64,000 nt of DNA. Origin: Planctomycetota bacterium (GTDB lineage Bacteria > Planctomycetota > B15-G4 > JADJEK01). The stretch covers positions 191,048 to 255,047 of the forward strand of contig JBGAIQ010000004.1 in NCBI GenBank assembly GCA_044225365.1, read 5' to 3'. The notes below the pieces were generated by a model. That model ran no database searches, was not told where the DNA came from, and saw nothing but the letters and a program-made list of their open reading frames with translations. A program made the translations under genes and the position numbers. This document shows, in pieces, positions 58,785-64,000 of this stretch; the first letter of the stretch is position 1; each line of letters begins with the position of its first letter.

Positions 58785-60476
58785 ATGACCGAACCGATTA
58801 CCAGCAGCGAACCGACCGACGGCGGAAAGCCGCGCGACTTCATCCGCGAGATCATCGACGACCACAACAAGACGGGTCGTTTCGGTGGTCGCGTTCACAC
58901 GCGCTTCCCCCCCGAACCGAACGGGTATCTCCACGCCGGACACGTCAAGTCGATCTGCCTGAACTTCGGAATCGCTCGCGAGTACGGCGGCAAGTGCAAC
59001 CTGCGCTACGACGACACCAATCCGATCACCGAGGATGTGGAGTACGTCGACTCGATCGAACGCGACGTGAAGTGGCTCGGCTTCGAGTGGGACGGCAAGT
59101 TCTACGCGTCCGACTACTTCGAGCAAATCTATGGGTTCGCCGAGAAGTTGATCGAGAAGGGCAAGGCGTACGTCTGTCATCAGACGGCCGAGGAGATGGG
59201 CGCGTACCGCGGAAGTGCGACGACGCCCGGCAGGAACAGTCCGTATCGCGATCGCTCCGTCGCCGAGAATCTCGACCTCTTCCGTCGCATGCGGAAGGGT
59301 GAGTTCAAGGATGGTGAGTGCACGCTACGCGCCAAGATCGACATGGCGTCGCCGAATTTCCACCTCCGCGATCCCGCGCTCTATCGCATCCGCCACGCGA
59401 AGCACCATCGCACGGGCGATACGTGGTGCATCTATCCGACCTACGATTGGACTCACGGCTCGTGCGACTCGATCGAGAAGATCACGGCCTCGATCTGCAC
59501 TCTCGAATTCGAGGATCATCGCCCTCTCTACGATTGGTTCCTCGATCAACTCGAGATCTATCACCCGCAACAGATCGAGTTCGCGCGCCTCAATCTCACC
59601 TATACGGTGCTGTCGAAACGCAAGCTGATCCAACTCGTCGAGGGCAAACACGTCCGCGGCTGGGATGATCCTCGCATGCCCACGATCGCCGGAATTCGGC
59701 GCAAGGGATTCACTCCGACCGCACTGCGGACCTTCTGCGACAAGATCGGCGTCTCGAAGGTCAACAGCATGATCGACATCGAGTACCTCGAGGGCTGCGT
59801 CCGCGATGAATTCAACAAGACGGCCGCGCGCCGACTCGGAGTCTTGCGACCGCTGAAGCTCGTCATCGAGAACTACCCCGCCGACAAGATCGAGGACTTC
59901 GAACTTCCGAACAATCCCGAGGACGAGGCCGCAGGCACGCGAAAAGTGCCGTTCTGCCGCGAACTCTGGATCGAGAGCGACGACTTCCTCGAGGATCCGC
60001 CCAAGAACTTCTTCCGACTCGGACCTGGGCGCGAAGTGCGATTGCGCGGCGCCTACTGGGTTCGTTGCGAGTCGTTCAAGCTCGACATGACGACGGGCGA
60101 GATCAAGGAGATCACCTGCACCTACGACCCGCGGACCCGCGGTGGACAAGCCCCGCCGGATGGTCGCAAGGTGAAGGGAACGATCCACTGGGTCTCGGCG
60201 CGTCACGCGGTGAGCGCCGAGGTTCGCCTCTACGACCACCTGTTCACGGCGAAGGACCCGAACGACGTTCCGGAGGGCAAAGACTTCACGATGCACCTGA
60301 ACCCGAACTCGCTCGAAGTGTTGAAGGACTGCAAGCTGGAACCCGCCCTCGCCGAGGCCTCGCCGGAGCTTCGCTACCAATTCGAACGGCTTGGTTACTT
60401 CTGTCTCGACCTCGATTCGCGTCCAGACGCCCTCGTGTTCAATCGCACGGTAAAACTAAAAGACTCCTGGAAGTAG
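58785..60476 (+). CDS. glnS: Glutamine--tRNA ligase
   Basis: [52 protein letters not shown]. Confidence 0.97.
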   Translation: MTEPITSSEPTDGGKPRDFIREIIDDHNKTGRFGGRVHTRFPPEPNGYLHAGHVKSICLNFGIAREYGGKCNLRYDDTNPITEDVEYVDSIERDVKWLGFEWDGKFYASDYFEQIYGFAEKLIEKGKAYVCHQTAEEMGAYRGSATTPGRNSPYRDRSVAENLDLFRRMRKGEFKDGECTLRAKIDMASPNFHLRDPALYRIRHAKHHRTGDTWCIYPTYDWTHGSCDSIEKITASICTLEFEDHRPLYDWFLDQLEIYHPQQIEFARLNLTYTVLSKRKLIQLVEGKHVRGWDDPRMPTIAGIRRKGFTPTALRTFCDKIGVSKVNSMIDIEYLEGCVRDEFNKTAARRLGVLRPLKLVIENYPADKIEDFELPNNPEDEAAGTRKVPFCRELWIESDDFLEDPPKNFFRLGPGREVRLRGAYWVRCESFKLDMTTGEIKEITCTYDPRTRGGQAPPDGRKVKGTIHWVSARHAVSAEVRLYDHLFTAKDPNDVPEGKDFTMHLNPNSLEVLKDCKLEPALAEASPELRYQFERLGYFCLDLDSRPDALVFNRTVKLKDSWK

Positions 60477-60547
60477 GGGCGCACGGCTGTGCGCCCGGAT
60501 TCGCGCACGGCAAATTCAACGACGGGCACACAGCCATGTGCCCCTAC
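60473..60547. repeat. GTAG-type REP doublet (REPIN-like)
   Basis: GTAGGGGCGCACGGCTGTGCGCCC ... GGGCACACAGCCATGTGCCCCTAC, an inverted pair. Confidence 0.85.
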
Positions 60548-60556
60548 GAGCCATCG

Positions 60557-61414
60557 ATGACGAAACTCTTCACGATCCTCGGTAATTCCCAGCGCCTCGA
60601 TGGCGGAGCGATGTTCGGCAACGCCCCCAAAGCCGTCTGGTCGAAGTGGATTGCGCCGGACGAGCTCAATCGAATACCGCTCGCCTGTCGCGCGCTGCTC
60701 ATCGTCGAGGACTCCGGTCGCACGATCCTGCTCGAGACCGGAATCGGCGCGTTCTTCGCCCCGAAGATGCGAGACCGTTTTGGCGTCGTCGAGAGCGAAC
60801 ACGTACTGCTCGAGAATCTGCGACGCGCTGGATTCGCTCCGAACGACATCGACGTCGTCGTACTCTCCCACCTCCATTTCGATCACGCGGGCGGTCTCCT
60901 CACCCCGTATCGCGAGGGAGAGGCGCCAAGGCTCGTCTTCGAGAAGGCGAGATTCGTCGTCGGCAAGGAAGCGTGGAAGCGCGCAAATGCGCCACATGCG
61001 CGCGATCGCGCTTCGTTCATCCCGGAATTACAGCCCTTGCTCGAGACTTCGAATCGACTCGAGATCGTCGCGGGAAGTTCGTCGACGACGCTCGGTCCGG
61101 GGTATCGACTCCACTTCAGCGACGGCCACACACCCGGACTCATGCTCGTCGAAGTGCCCACTGAAGATGGGCCCGTCGTGTTCGCGGGCGACCTGATCCC
61201 GGGCGCGGCGTGGGTCCACGTTCCGATCACGATGGGTTACGATCGTTACCCCGAACTGGTGATCGACGAGAAGCGTGCCCTCCTCACCGACCTCGCCGCG
61301 CGGAATGGGCGACTCTTCTTCACACACGATCCGGCGATCTCGTCCGCGCGAGTGAAGGCAAGAGACGGCGGCAGCTTCGAACCCATCGATCCCGTGATCG
61401 CCCACGCCGGCTGA
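60557..61414 (+). CDS. MBL-fold metallo-hydrolase (YtnP-like)
   Basis: [35 protein letters not shown]. Confidence 0.92.
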   Translation: MTKLFTILGNSQRLDGGAMFGNAPKAVWSKWIAPDELNRIPLACRALLIVEDSGRTILLETGIGAFFAPKMRDRFGVVESEHVLLENLRRAGFAPNDIDVVVLSHLHFDHAGGLLTPYREGEAPRLVFEKARFVVGKEAWKRANAPHARDRASFIPELQPLLETSNRLEIVAGSSSTTLGPGYRLHFSDGHTPGLMLVEVPTEDGPVVFAGDLIPGAAWVHVPITMGYDRYPELVIDEKRALLTDLAARNGRLFFTHDPAISSARVKARDGGSFEPIDPVIAHAG

Positions 61415-61601
61415 TCTCGCCCTCCGGAAAAACACCCTGTCCCTTCCGAAACGCGCGCGCGCGTTCCCGGTTCCCGTCCGGATTGTCACTCCCGTTCGTC
61501 GCAAACACGCGGTTTCTTGCGGCATGTCGATTGATGTCTCCATCGTGCTCGCTGTCGCGGCGCCTTGCCGCGAATTCCCGATGAGAAGTACTGGAGATCG
61601 C

Positions 61602-63158
61602 ATGAGTCCAAGAATCGACCGTCTCGTGCCCTGCGCGTTCGCTCTCGGCGTCCTACCCCTTGCTCACGCGGGTCTGCCGAACGAGCAGGGAATCCTGACG
61701 CAATACTCCGCGAGCTCGATGACGCTCGGCAGCACGGTGTCCGACCTCGTCGCGGGCGACATCGATCACGACGGTGATATCGACCTCATCGCCGCAGACA
61801 GCGCCGGCAATGCGGTACGGTTCCTCGTCAACGATGGCGTCGGCGGATTCGTGAAGAAGAGCTTCAACCTCGGCGCGACTCCCGGCGCACTCGCCCTCGG
61901 CGACATCGACTCGGATGGAGACCTCGACCTGCTCGTCGGGTTCTATTCGGAGATGCGGACGTTGCGCAACGACGGCGCGGGCAATTTCCTCATCACCTCT
62001 ACCCTTTCCTACCCGTCGAGCGGAATCGATGCCGTGGGCGCCAGCTTCACCGACGTGAACGGCGACGGAAAGCTCGACGCCGTCGTGGGACTGCGCCACA
62101 TCTCGGTCGGAGCGAGCTACTCGGGTGCGCTGTTCGTCGCGATCGGCGATGGAATCGGCGGGTTCACCGCTTCGACTCCCCATGTCCTCGCTCTTTCGGC
62201 CTTCGCGATCGTCGAGGCCGATTTCAATCGCGACGGGAAAGCCGATTTCGCCGAACTCGGCGGCAACGTGACCGCGTCGCCCATGAACATCGCGTTCGGG
62301 AACGGCGACGGAACGTTCGTGAACAGTGGAGTCAGCTACTCCGCGGGCTTGTATGCCGGAGCGCTGACCGCGGGCGACTTCGACGGCGACGGCGCCCCGG
62401 AACTCGTGGGCGGCGGGAAGTACAACCTGTCCGTCTATCACAACGACGGTAGCGGGAACTTCGCGTTGCTCCAGAACGTCAGCATCGGCGCGTATGCGAA
62501 GGGCGCGACGGTCGGGGACATCGACAACGACGGTGATCTCGACATGATGGCGACCTCGGGCTCGGCGGCGGCGGCTCGCATGCTGATGAACGACGGTACC
62601 GGTCACTTCACCACGACGGCCTCGATCCCCGCCTCGGTGCAGTGTTACGCGGTGGTTCTCGCCGACACGAACGGGGACGGCTACCTCGATCCGTTCGCCG
62701 GCGACGTGACCAGCGGCGCTCTCACGTCGGGCAGCAGTCACAACGTCGTCGCTCGCTACGGCACGGCGAAGACGAACTCGCTCGGCTGCGCGCCCAAGAT
62801 GACCGCGACCGGAACACCTTCGAAGACCGGAAGCGGCTTCACGATGGGCGTCTCGAACGAGATCCCCTCGCAGCCCGGCATCCTCCTCATCGGCTTCGCG
62901 CCTCTCTCGCAGCCGGCCCTCGGCGGTCAGCTCCTCGTGGCCGCGCCCTACGTGGTCGTGCCCGTGACGACGAGCGCGGGCTCCGGGAATCCCTTCACGT
63001 GCGACGGCAGCGTCAGCATCCCGTTGAGCGCGGCGTCACTCGGCCTCGGCGCCGTCGGCCTGAAGGTGTACGCGCAAGTGCTGACGGTCGATCCGCAGAT
63101 GTTCGACGGCACCCAGGCTTCACTCAGCGATGGTCTGCGGTTCGAGATCACGCCCTGA
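61602..63158 (+). CDS. Secreted FG-GAP/VCBS repeat protein with shared C-terminal domain
   Basis: Signal peptide; about seven D.D/N.DG..D repeats; ends SLSDGLRFEITP. Confidence 0.88.
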   Translation: MSPRIDRLVPCAFALGVLPLAHAGLPNEQGILTQYSASSMTLGSTVSDLVAGDIDHDGDIDLIAADSAGNAVRFLVNDGVGGFVKKSFNLGATPGALALGDIDSDGDLDLLVGFYSEMRTLRNDGAGNFLITSTLSYPSSGIDAVGASFTDVNGDGKLDAVVGLRHISVGASYSGALFVAIGDGIGGFTASTPHVLALSAFAIVEADFNRDGKADFAELGGNVTASPMNIAFGNGDGTFVNSGVSYSAGLYAGALTAGDFDGDGAPELVGGGKYNLSVYHNDGSGNFALLQNVSIGAYAKGATVGDIDNDGDLDMMATSGSAAAARMLMNDGTGHFTTTASIPASVQCYAVVLADTNGDGYLDPFAGDVTSGALTSGSSHNVVARYGTAKTNSLGCAPKMTATGTPSKTGSGFTMGVSNEIPSQPGILLIGFAPLSQPALGGQLLVAAPYVVVPVTTSAGSGNPFTCDGSVSIPLSAASLGLGAVGLKVYAQVLTVDPQMFDGTQASLSDGLRFEITP

Positions 63159-63165
63159 TCCAGCC

Positions 63166-63242
63166 GTAGGGGCAGACGGCTGTCTGCCCGCGCCGCGGTT
63201 TTCCATCTAATCAACGCCGGGCGCACCGCCGTGCGCCCCTAC
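63166..63242. repeat. GTAG-type REP doublet (REPIN-like)
   Basis: GTAGGGGCAGACGGCTGTCTGCCC ... GGGCGCACCGCCGTGCGCCCCTAC. Confidence 0.85.
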
Positions 63243-63266
63243 GAGTAGGCAACTCCGGGGACGCGG

Positions 63267-64000
63267 TCACACGTCGTCGAGTTCGCCATCGAGGCTGCCG
63301 AGCATCCGGAGATAACTATCGTATCGTTCGCGACGGACGAGCCCGGCGTTCACGGCCTGGATGACCGTGCACCCGGGCTCGTGTGCGTGAGTACAGTCCG
63401 GGTACTTGCAGTCCACCGCATGCGGGCGAAGATCCGGCATCAGGATCGCGAGTTCCGCGGCGGGGACGTCGACGATGCCAAAGCCGCGGAGCCCGGGTGA
63501 ATCGACGACGAATCCGCCGCACGGCAATCGCCACAACGAAACGCTCGTCGTGGTGTGACGACCGCGCCCATGCTTCGCGACCGTGCCCGTGCGCAGCGTC
63601 AGATTCGGGTCGAGGGCGTTCAACAACGAGCTCTTCCCGACCCCCGAATGCCCGACGAAGAGTGAAGTCTTGTCCTTCAACTGCGCTTCCAGGCTTTCGA
63701 TCCCGACGTTCGCCGTCGTGCTCGTGAACGACACCGGGTAACCCATTTCGCGGTAGATGGCGAGCCGCGAAGCGAGTTCGACCTCCGATGTCTGATCGAT
63801 CTTGTTCACGACGATGACGGGGTCCATCTCGTTTCGTTCGGCCACGACGAGGAAACGATCGATGAGACCCTCGCGCAAGGGCGGATCCTTGGCGGCCGAG
63901 ACGATGACGAGCTGATCGATGTTGGCGGCCGTCACCTGAATGATGCGAGGATCCCGCGGCGTGGGGCGACCGAGCTGGTTGTGCCGCGGAAGCCGCTCTT
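63267..64000 (-). CDS. rsgA: Ribosome small subunit-dependent GTPase RsgA (5' end outside the window)
   Basis: AANID, NKID, GHSGVGKSS, GRHTTT, DSPG, CKYPDCTHAHEPGC. Confidence 0.95.
   Translation of the reverse strand, partial: ERLPRHNQLGRPTPRDPRIIQVTAANIDQLVIVSAAKDPPLREGLIDRFLVVAERNEMDPVIVVNKIDQTSEVELASRLAIYREMGYPVSFTSTTANVGIESLEAQLKDKTSLFVGHSGVGKSSLLNALDPNLTLRTGTVAKHGRGRHTTTSVSLWRLPCGGFVVDSPGLRGFGIVDVPAAELAILMPDLRPHAVDCKYPDCTHAHEPGCTVIQAVNAGLVRRERYDSYLRMLGSLDGELDDV

Noticed and set aside
58614-59180. N-terminal extension of the GH127 ORF to 59180
   Set aside because: It overlaps glnS antisense, and a signal peptide begins at ATG 58613.

Overview
GC-rich bacterial chromosomal segment with about 50 genes. 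The gene content (Ser/Thr kinase-linked ECF sigma factors, a secretin-like fragment, DHOR, BlaI/M56) suggests Planctomycetota, which is an inference. Housekeeping genes: murJ, an RlmI-like methyltransferase, thiE, groES/groEL, ileS (type 2), glnS and a partial rsgA. These are interleaved with signalling modules and secreted proteins. I saw no rRNA, tRNA, CRISPR array or integrase. Best leads: (1) four unrelated secreted proteins share an unnamed ~130-aa C-terminal domain (YG..C...P.L..G.P ... Q....D ... SNGL), a candidate protein-sorting signal; (2) a DEAD-box helicase plus fatty-acid desaturase operon in which both genes appear to start at CTG behind good SD sites; (3) an exported TPR-CHAT protease divergent from an ECF sigma and a membrane Ser/Thr kinase with a DUF4384-like domain; (4) an Rpn nuclease with an internal RpnS start plus a second, orphan RpnS variant; (5) a GH127-galT-arabinokinase-like operon, possibly a Leloir-type L-arabinose route; (6) IleRS2 carrying the swapped GIHH motif. 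All family calls come from reading motifs by eye; no searches were run.
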